Shown: positions 48,759-59,420, numbered from the stretch's first letter. The stretch is DNA of 64,000 nt from an uncultured virus (IMG/VR IMGVR_UViG_3300028228_000217) (IMGVR_UViG_3300028228_000217); one strand, 5' to 3'. The notes: generated by a model from the sequence alone, not told the origin. Program-made: numbers and translations.

Positions 48759-50813
48759 TTAGTTTCCTTTTACCTTAGCAGCTAAGTCTTTATCTGCACC
48801 GCCCCATGTTCCAGAGGATTTTGTTATGAATGAATTTACTCTAGCGAAAGCCCATTGTTGCTGTGTAGTACCTGGTCGGTGTCCACCTCTCCATGCAGCC
48901 ATGCCTCTATCGTAAACTTGTTTTAGAATACCATATGGCATTCCAGATTTTTCAGCTTTGTTTTTTAGACCTTCAATTTGTTCAAATATCTTTTTAGCTG
49001 GGTGGTCTTCGTTCTTCATTACCTTTTCTAAATCTTTTGCTTGACCAGCATGTGCCTGACTAGCACCTTTTAATTTAGTGACAATCTTTTTAACAGTAGG
49101 TGTATCTTTACTATCTAAGTCTTCGTTAGTTCTTTTAAGAACATTCTGAACATCTGGATGTAATGATAAACCTTTTGCAATCTTTTCAATTGCTGCTACA
49201 GCACCTGAATAATTACCACCTTTGTATCGTTTATCGTTTGCAACACCATATGCCATTTTAATTTGTTGTGATGTAAACTTTGAAGTGTCTTCTTTAACTT
49301 CTTCTTTTTCTTTTGCCACCTTATCTCTAAGATGTTTGTATGCAATACCAACTTGTAGTAATGGTTCACCTGTTTCAGGATTTACCATTTTCTTGGTATC
49401 TTTTGCTACAGCTTTTGTTTTATCTGTTTCTGATTTTTGTTTTAACTGTGCAATCTCAGCGTCTTTCTTTTGTAAGTCACCTTTTAATTTGTCAGAGTCA
49501 TCTGTCTTTTCTTCTTTAGGTTCCTTTTTAGGCTCTTCTTCTTTAGCTTCTGAGATTTCTTCTTTTACACAATTAGGTACTTGTTTACCACCCTTGTCTT
49601 TCATACCAACTTGTTTGTAACCTACCCAACAAGCTTCTGTAATAGGGTTGTAGTTGTCCTCGTCAGCGCTTTCATCTATTGTATAATTCTCTGCTCTTAC
49701 TGTTGCACCATAAAAGTTTTTAAGGTCAGTAGCATACTTATTAAGGTCTGCACCGTTACCATCTATCTTTAAAGCCTTTTGATTACCAGTAATAGTAAAA
49801 CCTTGTTTTGCTAAATCGGTTGAAGCCTTTGACATATCAGCATGTGAATTAAAAGATACTGTCATCTTTTTGAATTCATGTATCTGTTCTTCACCAAGAA
49901 TACTCTTAACGGTGTTAACATCTAGTTTCATTAACTTAGCAATCTCAGCTGCTGTCTTACCATCTTTTTGCATTTGGTCTATGTCAGACATTCTGCCTTC
50001 AGCAAGTTGTTCTTTAACTGCAACTACTGTAGCTGCCATATCGCCTTGAGCAAATGATACGGAACCATCTTTTCTTTTGTATAGATAGAAAGGACTTGTT
50101 CCTGGTTTATTTTCAATTTCTAATTTGACTTTATCTGTATTATACTTTGCACTTCTAGTCTTGTTCTTAACTACAAATTTCTTAACAGTAGTACCAGACA
50201 TCATTGAATTATAAGTGATAGTCATTGTATCGCCTTTTTTCAAACTATCAAATTTCTTTCCGTCTATTTTACCCTCTGTAATTTCTATTTCATTCTGTGT
50301 AGCTTCGTCTAGTATTTCTACTTCTTCTAATCTTAATTTTACACCAGCTGGTCTAGGTATATTCTTTTGAATCATTTTGGTCATTGCCATAACTGATAAG
50401 AAAGGAATATCTGCCTTGAAAATATCTACAAGACCACTATCTGGAATATTTTTAAACATTTGTGATAGTTTGTTAGCATTTGCAATTGAAATCTTTTTAC
50501 CTCTCATCACTTCGTATTCTTTTTTAAGTCTGTCGATTTGAGAAGCGCTAAAGTTTTCTTCTAATGTTTCAATTAAATCTGAAATAACATTAATTTTTGC
50601 ATGTTTAACTGCTACTTGTGTAGGAACATCTAACTTAGCAATCATAGATTTAATACCTGGTGTTATATCTTTTTTGCTTTTAGTTGCCCACACCCTTTTT
50701 AAATTTGATAATTGTGTGTCTGTTAAGGTTCCACTTAACCCAAAGTCGTTAGCTTCTGCATTTAATTTGACCTGCTCATAAGCTTCGGCCATTGTTTGTC
50801 TATAGTTTGTCAT
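48759..50813 (-). CDS. Large modular protein with C-terminal DUF5824-like domain; candidate head internal polyprotein
   Basis: Modules separated by Glu-ending linkers; EACWVGYKQVG..VPNCV; LKQVYDRG.AAW..HRPG..QQWAFARVNSF. Confidence 0.7.
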   Translation of the reverse strand: MTNYRQTMAEAYEQVKLNAEANDFGLSGTLTDTQLSNLKRVWATKSKKDITPGIKSMIAKLDVPTQVAVKHAKINVISDLIETLEENFSASQIDRLKKEYEVMRGKKISIANANKLSQMFKNIPDSGLVDIFKADIPFLSVMAMTKMIQKNIPRPAGVKLRLEEVEILDEATQNEIEITEGKIDGKKFDSLKKGDTMTITYNSMMSGTTVKKFVVKNKTRSAKYNTDKVKLEIENKPGTSPFYLYKRKDGSVSFAQGDMAATVVAVKEQLAEGRMSDIDQMQKDGKTAAEIAKLMKLDVNTVKSILGEEQIHEFKKMTVSFNSHADMSKASTDLAKQGFTITGNQKALKIDGNGADLNKYATDLKNFYGATVRAENYTIDESADEDNYNPITEACWVGYKQVGMKDKGGKQVPNCVKEEISEAKEEEPKKEPKEEKTDDSDKLKGDLQKKDAEIAQLKQKSETDKTKAVAKDTKKMVNPETGEPLLQVGIAYKHLRDKVAKEKEEVKEDTSKFTSQQIKMAYGVANDKRYKGGNYSGAVAAIEKIAKGLSLHPDVQNVLKRTNEDLDSKDTPTVKKIVTKLKGASQAHAGQAKDLEKVMKNEDHPAKKIFEQIEGLKNKAEKSGMPYGILKQVYDRGMAAWRGGHRPGTTQQQWAFARVNSFITKSSGTWGGADKDLAAKVKGN

Positions 50814-51160
50814 TAGTTGTTTACCTTTGCTCCCGTTCTCCATTGATAACAGCTCCAATATCTGGCCATTGTTTTAGGTCCTGGATTATCACATTTATGC
50901 CTCGCTCTAAAAGATTTTCTTCGAGCTGGGTCATCTCTCTTAATACTTAATCCAGTTGTATCACCAAATGAAACTTTAATAACTTTACCAGCTTCATTCT
51001 TTACATATACATAAAACTTTTTACTACCGCCTCGTATAGGGTCGTTTAATTTTACTTTTTTACCTTGATATTCTGACTCATAAATGCCTTCAGCTTCATG
51101 CTCGAAGATACATTCTTCGCAAGATTCATCAATGTTTTCGTACTCTTTAAAAGATTTCAT
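50813..51160 (-). CDS. DUF6321-like basic protein
   Basis: KKFYVYVKN..KVSFGD..RRKSFRARH.C..ARYWSC; starts MKSFKEY. Confidence 0.7.
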   Translation of the reverse strand: MKSFKEYENIDESCEECIFEHEAEGIYESEYQGKKVKLNDPIRGGSKKFYVYVKNEAGKVIKVSFGDTTGLSIKRDDPARRKSFRARHKCDNPGPKTMARYWSCYQWRTGAKVNN

Positions 51161-53637
51161 TATAGTTTCTCTATCATTTTGGCAACCACTTCTTGTAGTT
51201 TTGCCTTCCATTCTTCTTTATATCTTTCTCTATATTTATTCATTGTAGACTCTGTAGATGCCCATTCTTTAATATCTTTTTCGGATGGTGTTTCTTTCTC
51301 TCTATCTAAGAAACCTTTTACTTTTTAATAGGGTTTACCTGGCCTGGTGTCATGTCTACCGTGTGTTTTGTGTACTCTGGTGTACCTATTTCATGTACTT
51401 CGCCATACATTTGTTTGTATTTCTTAGTATGAATACTTGTTTTAGTCTTGGCATCCTTGTCACCTGGAGCTGCTTTGTTATCATTCTTTGTAGTATCTTT
51501 GTTCTTAAAATGGTCAGCTCTTTTATTTTTTACATCTTTTGATAACTGTTTGTAATACTTTTTAGGTTGTGTACCATCTTTTTTCTTCACATCTTTATCT
51601 TGTGGCTGTGCGTCTAAGTCTTCTTTTATCTCAGATACAGCTTCAAATCCATAATCAACATTTAAGTTATGTTCTCTCATCTCAGCCTCTCTATTTGTAG
51701 TTGATACAGGAATACAATCCCATATCCATGCTTTATGCAAATTATTTTTAGTATCTTCTACAACAATAAAATTAGTACCTTTTCTTACAACTTTACCTTG
51801 TAGGTCTTCTTTGATGTAATCTACTGTGTCACCAATATTAAAAATTTGGTCTCTGATATAGAGGTCTCTAATCTGTTGTTGTTCAAATTGTTCTAAACTA
51901 ACAACTGGATTTAAATTTCTCATGTACATATAACTAGCAGCTAAGTTCATACCTTTTCTAACTTGTTTCATAATACCGTCTGCGTCAACACCTCTTGGTA
52001 AACCTTTTTCAAAATTTTTTATATCACCTTTGGCAGCTGCAGCTCTCATCTTACTTGCACTCATACCTGAGGCTCCCTCTGCGTCAGGATCCCTTTCGCC
52101 AGCAGACACCACTTTAATATTATCAAAGTTATACATACCATGTCTTGATGATACACCATTATACTTTGTCAATATATTTTCAAATTCTCTAACTCTATCC
52201 GAACCAGCAACCATAGTTACATCTGAGTAACCTTTCTTGTATAACATTGTAGCAATATCAAGTACCATATTGGTCTGGTTGATTTCAATGTTTCTTGCAT
52301 GAGAAGGAAACATCTTCTTCATAATAGATAACTTATCTTTAGGAGATAATGGATTACTTTTAGGGTCTTCACTTCTACTTAAAAAGATTTTGTAATCATT
52401 TGTGGGTAATGATTTAACTTTGTTAATAAGTTTTTCGTGGCCAATTGTAGGTGGATTAAATCTACCAAATGCAAATGCAATAGATTTATCTGTAGCTTCT
52501 TCTATGTATTCTTCGTGTACCATTTTTACTAATTTTTTAGCATCAATATCAATAAATGTATCACTAACAGCAGCAGCGTAATAACCTATGTCGTGTCTTA
52601 ATGGTAGTCCTTCAGACGCTCTTTCTTTTTCTTTCTATCAATAACATCTTGTAAAACTTTAGCTGCATATTCATATCTCTTTTGAGTTGTTGCCATCATT
52701 TTAATTTTAGTAACTAAACTTTTAAACCAATCGCTTTTTTTATTTTTATCTTGTCTAATGTAATTGCCTCTTTTAAACTATCAATCTCTGCGTCTGTTAC
52801 TTCACCATCATCTAAAATCTTTTTACATTTCTTGTAGAATTTTAGATAGTGATATTTTTCTAACATCTTATAAATTACATTTTTAGGTAATCTGTTTTTA
52901 ATTCCATATTTTCTTATCTCGTCTGGTGACATATCTGTATCAAATGCAGCTCGTCTTTCTGCGTCAACACCATCACCAATTTTGATAATGTCTTCGATAC
53001 TATCTTCAATCTCTTCTAACTTATTATTAATTAATTCTTGTAAGTTTAAAATGTCGTCTGGTTGTAATTCTTTTAGTTCATCATAGTCAATGATATCTCT
53101 TTTTAGTTCGCCCTTGACAACATCTATTTCTTGTACTTTTCTTTCAAAGTCTTTTATATATATTGATTTGTCAAAGGTAAAATCGTCTGGTCTTTTAATA
53201 AACTTATTGTTTTCGATATCAAATACTGCGTCTGCCTTTTTCTCTTGGTCATTATAAGTTTTAATGTCTGTAATAAAATAAAAATTAATAGGGTGTTGTG
53301 TACCAGGTATATTCTTACCTTGAATACTATCAGGAGAAGTGGTCGACAAATACTTTTTACTAAGTCTAGTTCTTTCTTCTTCTCTCTTATCTTGTGGTAC
53401 TTTAAACAATACATTTAAATCTAAATCTGCGTCAGCTCTATATCTTTTTGTAAGAATAGAACCAATAAGACCAACCTTAACAACAGGATATTCTTCTTCA
53501 AACATATCTATTTGTTTATCAATTAATGCTTTAACACTAGGTTTGATTTTAGGGTTGTTAGTATCAGCGTCATCAAACACAGCCTTAGCATATGTTTTTC
53601 TAGGTATATCTATGATACTTTCTTTAAATGTTTTCAT
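51160..53637 (-). CDS. Probable fused pol-beta nucleotidyltransferase + HIGH-type (cytidyltransferase-like) protein, split by three frameshifts
   Basis: GSILTKRYRADADLDL in 52714..53670; FGRFNPPTIGH, VAGSDR, MSASKMR in 51318..52523; linker readable across two A-run shifts; tail continues to 51160. Confidence 0.7.
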
Positions 53638-54326
53638 CTTCTTTTTAATTTTCTCTCTGTCGCCATCCACCTTTTTGCTGTGTATGACTTAATCGTATTA
53701 CTCAATAATCTTCTTACACTCTTACCAACTTTATTCATAACAACTGTTGTAAGTTCTTTATCATCTTTACTGTTGTCAATGATTACCATACTAGACATAC
53801 CAAATAGATTTTGAAATTTACCTATATTACTTTGTACAGCTTTCCAAGAATTTACAGTAACATATTCTGGTACACTTCTTTCTCTTTTTGAATTTCTTTC
53901 TAATGCAACATCTAAACTTGTGTTAACAAATACCATATAACAATCATAACCTAATTGTCTTAACTCACTCACTTGTTGATTAATCTTATCGTAATCTCTA
54001 CCTGTGCCATCAATAACCAAACCTAATCTACCTTTGATATATAAGTCCATTTGATTACCAGTCATAGCCTTTGCTCTATCTCTAATAATATCTCTAGCTT
54101 CTGCCTCATCTTCAGGCATTTTTAGTGATAGACTATTTTTCTTTAATGCTTTTTCAAATGCATTATCTGAGTTGACAGTTTTTAAACCTGTGCCACCAAA
54201 TGCATTACGAGTTACAAATGTTTTACCTGAGCCTGGTCCACCTGCAAGGAAAAATGCCTTGAAGATGTTAGGGTCATATAACCCCTCTTGTAAGTCTTGA
54301 AATCTTATGTCGTCAAATTTTTTCAT
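53634..54326 (-). CDS. P-loop kinase (zeta-toxin/PNK-like)
   Basis: LAGGPGSGKT, VNSD, VIDGTG, ALERN..RER. Confidence 0.8.
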   Translation of the reverse strand: MKKFDDIRFQDLQEGLYDPNIFKAFFLAGGPGSGKTFVTRNAFGGTGLKTVNSDNAFEKALKKNSLSLKMPEDEAEARDIIRDRAKAMTGNQMDLYIKGRLGLVIDGTGRDYDKINQQVSELRQLGYDCYMVFVNTSLDVALERNSKRERSVPEYVTVNSWKAVQSNIGKFQNLFGMSSMVIIDNSKDDKELTTVVMNKVGKSVRRLLSNTIKSYTAKRWMATERKLKRR

Positions 54327-54898
54327 TGTACTTTCTTAATTATTTCTTTTGATATTGCTTCAGGTGTACTACCCTCTGCTTTAATATTTATGACTTCATC
54401 ACCGTAATAGTCTAATAGAGGTCTTGTTTCTTTTTCATATGTTGCCAATCTCTTTTTAATAATCTCTGGTGTGTCATCTTCTCTACCTCTGGCAGTTAAT
54501 CTCTTAATAATTTCTTCTTCGGACACCACAAGGTTTACAACATAATCATATTCAATACCTTGTTCTTCTATCGCCTCAGCTTGTTCAACACTTCTAGGAA
54601 AACCATCAAAGATATAACCTTTTTGTGCGTCTGGTTTTTCTAATCTTTGTTTTACAATCTTAATTGTTAAGGGTGTTGGTGCAAACTTACCTTGGTCTAA
54701 TAATTTTTTAACAGTTCTACCATCTTCGGTGTTTTGTTTTGAGATTGCTCTTAACATTTCACCTGTGTAGATATGTGGAATACCTAACTCTTTAGTAATA
54801 ATTTCTGAGTATGTTGACTTACCTGAACCAGGTCCACCTATCATAATGATTTTAGGTTTATTGATTGCTTCAAAGAAGTATTGTTTAAATGACTTCAT
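54323..54898 (-). CDS. adk: Adenylate kinase (short LID)
   Basis: GGPGSGKST, HIYTGEMLR, DGFPR, RGREDD. Confidence 0.9.
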   Translation of the reverse strand: MKSFKQYFFEAINKPKIIMIGGPGSGKSTYSEIITKELGIPHIYTGEMLRAISKQNTEDGRTVKKLLDQGKFAPTPLTIKIVKQRLEKPDAQKGYIFDGFPRSVEQAEAIEEQGIEYDYVVNLVVSEEEIIKRLTARGREDDTPEIIKKRLATYEKETRPLLDYYGDEVINIKAEGSTPEAISKEIIKKVQ

Positions 54899-55056
54899 TT
54901 TTTATAACCTGTACCTTTTTCTCTACTGCCCCATCTTTTTTGCCAAGCATAATTTGTAAACTTTACACCTAAACTTTCTATAATACTATAATAAAAATCT
55001 AGTATTCTTATAAGTTTCTCTTTAATTAAATCAATTGTATCTGGTAATGTTCTCAT
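54895..55056 (-). CDS. Small hypothetical protein (not in ORF track)
   Basis: MRTLPDTIDLIKEKLIR..YAWQKRWG, 53 aa filling the gap with overlapping start/stop. Confidence 0.5.
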   Translation of the reverse strand: MRTLPDTIDLIKEKLIRILDFYYSIIESLGVKFTNYAWQKRWGSREKGTGYKK

Positions 55057-56261
55057 TAATTCCAACCTTTCGGCATTGTAAAATTTTGCCTACTAAATTC
55101 TAATCTGTCAACCAGTTTAATTGCACCTGCAACCTTATCAACTGCAACATAACCCTCTGGTGCTGTCACTCTGTAACCTGTTGATGTTCTAAGAAAGTTA
55201 CCAATACTTTGTACTTGGCTCATTTTTTGTAGTAAGGTTTGTTTAGCTAGACCTATTGTAATGTGTGAGGCAATTGCAAAGTATAGTGCTTGTTTATTTC
55301 TATCTATAAACCTTAGACCATCTTTCTTTGCCTTAATAAATTTATCTTTACCTTTTGGTGTTTTTCTACTATCAATCTCATTCTGTAATATACTTTCAAA
55401 GTAATCTCTGAATTGTTTTTGCATAACTGAAACTTTATCCATACTACTATTTGAATTTCTAATGTAATGATTGAAGTATGTTTTTAATCTGTAACCAACA
55501 GATAGGTCATCTGATATATTTTTACTCATCAAGTTTAAAATAGGAGCAGCCTTTCTAAGAGAACCTTCGGCCATTCTTATCTGTGCGTCAAATTTAGATA
55601 ACTCAGATTTATCAAACATAACTTTTGTTTCTTTATAACCTGCACTTGCTAAGAATACATTTCTATTAGATGAACCTTGAACTGTACCAAAACTAGCAGA
55701 TAAACTATCCATCTTTTTACCATTGTATTGAGTGTGAAATACAATACCCATTTTGGCTTTTGAAATTTTGTTGGCAAGGTCACTACCCTTAGGTACTGCA
55801 TATGTAATAGTGTTTGGTGTAAATGATACCATTTTCTCACCATCTATAGTTATATCTTTCAAGTCATTTGTAAATAACAAATCGCCTTGTAGAATACCTT
55901 TGATGTTAAGTCTGGATAATTGTGATAAACATACAGTTAGTTTCTGTGCTACAACACCGCCGTGGTTATTGTTTATATCTCTAACTGTGTAATTGATTTT
56001 TGGAGTTACATTGAATACAGATTTTGTACCAACGAAGAATTTACCATTTTCTGGATTAATACCACAGATAATAGCTGGTGCTCCGTCCCATTTGACGGTA
56101 ATATTGGCTGTGTCACCTGTACCTGCCAACATATTTCTAACTGACTTTAGAAAGTTGACTGCATTGTCACCACCTATCATACCTCTATTGATGATATCAT
56201 CTTCAAGATGTTCTAAGTGTGTGTTCTTGTCCTGTGTAAGGAAACCTTTAAAATTAAACAT
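55056..56261 (-). CDS. DUF6267-like protein with ATP-dependent ligase-type motifs
   Basis: HLEHLED, TVKWDG (motif I KxDG), QGDL, EGYV, IKLVDR.EFS..NF. Confidence 0.75.
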   Translation of the reverse strand: MFNFKGFLTQDKNTHLEHLEDDIINRGMIGGDNAVNFLKSVRNMLAGTGDTANITVKWDGAPAIICGINPENGKFFVGTKSVFNVTPKINYTVRDINNNHGGVVAQKLTVCLSQLSRLNIKGILQGDLLFTNDLKDITIDGEKMVSFTPNTITYAVPKGSDLANKISKAKMGIVFHTQYNGKKMDSLSASFGTVQGSSNRNVFLASAGYKETKVMFDKSELSKFDAQIRMAEGSLRKAAPILNLMSKNISDDLSVGYRLKTYFNHYIRNSNSSMDKVSVMQKQFRDYFESILQNEIDSRKTPKGKDKFIKAKKDGLRFIDRNKQALYFAIASHITIGLAKQTLLQKMSQVQSIGNFLRTSTGYRVTAPEGYVAVDKVAGAIKLVDRLEFSRQNFTMPKGWN

Positions 56262-56345
56262 TTTTCTCTCTCATTTTTATCCATTATACTATAAAATATG
56301 AGGTTTGGCAAGCCCTCTCAATCAGTCCATTAACAAATATATTAC

Positions 56346-56353
56346 TATTTATA
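56346..56353 (-). promoter_or_regulatory. T4 late promoter TATAAATA heading the 56-48 kb cluster
   Basis: Exact motif about 85 nt upstream of the 56261 ATG; a sigma70-like TTGCCA..TATAAT lies at about 56283-56311. Confidence 0.7.
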
Positions 56354-57746
56354 ATACTTTATCTCTAGTATATTTTAATAAAGAAGCCGTTATCAGGATT
56401 GATTTTCTTAGCACCGTTTATCATCTTATTCATAATACCAGATAAGTCTTTTTATTTTTTATAAAAAAATGCATTATTTTTAAACCTTGAATCTTCATAA
56501 CCATATTTTCAGCAATATCCATATTAGATTTTGCAATATTAATTGTTTTAACAAACTCTTTATAACTTATTTTTTTTCATTAAAAACTTTTGTGTCTTTA
56601 ATAACAGTTTCATACATCTTATAAGTTTCTTTAAGTTTAGTTTCATCAAAATCTGAAAATGGTTTAGGTGTACCAAAATATTTTATACTATTAATTCTAG
56701 CATCCTTGTATTGACTCATAACACTATCAACCACTTTTGTAGGAATTTTTCCTAAACGACCTCCAGTTGGTGTACCATCAGATGTAATTTCGGTTTGTGC
56801 AGTACCATAACCGTGAGGAAATCCTCTAACTTGTAAATTAATTGTTTTTTGTATCTTTATTTGTAAAGGTAAATAAACCTATTTCTTTACCTTCGATAGT
56901 TAAGTTACAATTAAATTTTGATATTTCAATATCGTAATCTGACACTTTAGTTTGACCTGGTACATTTGTATAATCTACATTTGCTTTTTCTGCAATTATC
57001 TGTTTAAGAGAAATTGGATAAAGAATTTTATTTTCATAAAGATTATACAATTTATTGTTAAACATATTAATTAATCCATCTGAAATGTCATAAGTTTCTA
57101 CTATTTTTTTCAGAGCTTTGATTACTTTTTCTCTTTCATTTTTCTTAATAATATAAACATCTGCTGGATTCCAGGAATCTGATTTTCCTAATTTTGATTT
57201 CTTTAAAAATTCTGTAATAGTTTTTCCAAAACTTGATTTATCGGTAGCGTCATGTATAATATCATAACTAGTTAAAGAACCTACAATTTTTTTAACTGCT
57301 GGACCTGTGAGTTGAAATGTGTTATACCAATCAGCAAAAGCCTCCGGGTCCCTTACGAATATAGATTGTTTAGTATCTTCAGCAGTTGCAATTTTTTTTC
57401 GCAAAGACATTACAGTAGCTAACTCACCTGCGTCTGATAGTGCTTTACCTAAAGCATTTCTTGATTTGCCACCCATACCTGAGAATGGTGCTTTATCAAT
57501 ATCTGTAAATGTAAAATATTTTTTACCGTCCTGAAATATATAATCCCATTTATTATTAGGATAAAGTATCTTACTATATTTTGGAAAGTCTGTTTGTACT
57601 TTTTCTAAACTATCAATATTTTTAGTTCTTTTAAACAAGTAAGACTTACCATCTTTTACCTTAATCTTCGTGCCTTTTTTAATTTTAGCTACGATAGATA
57701 CAATGTATTTTGATTTAGATAAATCTGCTTTGCTGAATAATGCCAT
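56349..57746 (-). CDS. Putative PD-(D/E)XK-type endonuclease-like protein (frameshifted near 56845 and downstream)
   Basis: GE..WNPADVY..PISLKQ; late promoter TATAAATA at 57764..57771. Confidence 0.55.
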
Positions 57747-57783
57747 AGTTCTCTCCTATAACATATTTATAAGAGAGTGTCAA

Positions 57784-58050
57784 CTAGTAATTCCAAAGAA
57801 ATTTGGGAATACCACCATTCTCTTGCCAAACTTTATGTTGATTTTGAAAGTCTGCTATTTTTTTTGCGTCTTCTTCGAAGAAATATTTAGCTACAACATT
57901 CTCTGTAGGTGTTTCTACTACATGCCATAGTATTTTTCTTTCTTCTTTTATCATCTCTACTGAATATGCTAATTTACCTTTCAAATCTACTCCACCTGGC
58001 CTCTTATCACCTTTATGAAATCTTACTTTTTGTGTCTTACTTTTTACCAT
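57784..58050 (-). CDS. Hypothetical protein
   Basis: 88 aa directly after gp41. Confidence 0.6.
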   Translation of the reverse strand: MVKSKTQKVRFHKGDKRPGGVDLKGKLAYSVEMIKEERKILWHVVETPTENVVAKYFFEEDAKKIADFQNQHKVWQENGGIPKFLWNY

Positions 58051-58052
58051 AA

Positions 58053-59420
58053 CTATAATTTAAAATCGCTAAACTTATTGTAAGCGTCCTCTTTTGGTTC
58101 TACTTGATTGGCGTCAACTATATTTTGACTTGATTGTTGTACATCATATAATCTCATCTTAGACCTATCAACACCAATAATAAATGCTCTGTTTACGCTT
58201 GGGTCATTATATCTATTCTTCAATTGTTTTACTTTCATCTGACCTAGTTTTTCTAATTCTTCATTTGACATTAAGGCAAACATGAAGTCAGCAGTAGCAG
58301 GTAGACCAAAAGATTCAGAAGTATCTTCAAGACCAAGGTCTGTACTTACGAAACCAGTTCTAGTTGTTTGTGTCGCACTAAAGATAGGCACATTTGCCTC
58401 TACAGCTAGACCCCTTAACTCTTCAGCAATTGCTTTGATGTAGAAGTAAGATGATATATTACCACCTTTAAATCTAGCACTAGCACAAATATTTAGATAA
58501 TCAATAAAGATAACATCTGGTTTAAAACTTTTCTTTAATGCAAGTTCATTAATCAAAGACTTGAAGTGACCACTATGAGCAGACGCTGTTGGATATTCTT
58601 TGATGATAAGTCTACCTTGTGTTTTCTCTCTGAGTTTTTTAATCTTGCCATCATATAATGATTGAGGCATATCATGTAAATCTTCCATAGTGACATCTAG
58701 TAAGTTTGCGTCAATTCTTTCTGCAATTCTTTCCTCTGCCATCTCTAAAGTGATATACAATACATTAAGACCTTGCAACAAATAACTAGCCGCTACATGA
58801 CACATGAACAATGATTTACCAACGCCAGTACCAGCAAGAGCAATGTTTAATGTCTTACTTGGAACACCACCTTTGGTAATTCTATTCATATAATCTAAAT
58901 CAAATTGATACTTCTTCTCTTTAGTATGATAAAATTTAAATCTACTATCTGCGTCTTCAATGTAATCGTGACCAACTGACTTGTCAAATGATACAGCCAA
59001 TGCCTCTGATAGAATATGTGGTATTGCCTCTGGTGTTTGTGTCTTATCTTTATTATCTAAGATTTTAATACCAGCTAATACAGCATTGTGTACAGCACGG
59101 TCTTTACAAAACTTTTCTGTTGTATTTAATAACCATTGGTCATCTGATTCAGTATTCTCAACACCAACAACATAGTCTTTTATGTGTTGTAATTCTTCTT
59201 CATTAATATCTCTTCGACTATTCAGTTCAATTAGAATAGCGTCTTTTGTAGGAAGATTATTATACTTCTCAATGAAACCAAAGACTTCACCAAACAATAA
59301 TTGTTCAACACGATTACTAAAGTATTCTTCTTTAATAAAAGGTAAAACCTTTCTAGTGTACCCTTCGTTAAAGAAGAGGCTAGAGATTATTGTATTCTCA
59401 ATCCGTGATTGCTGTACCAT
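58053..59420 (-). CDS. gp41: Replicative helicase gp41
   Basis: LAGTGVGKS, ITLEMAEE, IDYLNI, SATQTTR, SESFGLPATAD, KQLKNRY. Confidence 0.97.
   Translation of the reverse strand: MVQQSRIENTIISSLFFNEGYTRKVLPFIKEEYFSNRVEQLLFGEVFGFIEKYNNLPTKDAILIELNSRRDINEEELQHIKDYVVGVENTESDDQWLLNTTEKFCKDRAVHNAVLAGIKILDNKDKTQTPEAIPHILSEALAVSFDKSVGHDYIEDADSRFKFYHTKEKKYQFDLDYMNRITKGGVPSKTLNIALAGTGVGKSLFMCHVAASYLLQGLNVLYITLEMAEERIAERIDANLLDVTMEDLHDMPQSLYDGKIKKLREKTQGRLIIKEYPTASAHSGHFKSLINELALKKSFKPDVIFIDYLNICASARFKGGNISSYFYIKAIAEELRGLAVEANVPIFSATQTTRTGFVSTDLGLEDTSESFGLPATADFMFALMSNEELEKLGQMKVKQLKNRYNDPSVNRAFIIGVDRSKMRLYDVQQSSQNIVDANQVEPKEDAYNKFSDFKL

Noticed and set aside
53634..54326. Zeta toxin-antitoxin module
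   Set aside because: No epsilon-like antitoxin recognisable; context among late nucleotide enzymes favours another kinase role
200..57000. Numerous split genes (gp26, gp54-like, gp59, lysozyme, sulfotransferase, NTase fusion and others) as pseudogenes or programmed frameshifts
   Set aside because: Breaks mostly fall in A/T homopolymer runs and hit essential genes, so long-read indel errors are the simplest explanation; only the gp26/gp51 junction was kept as a candidate
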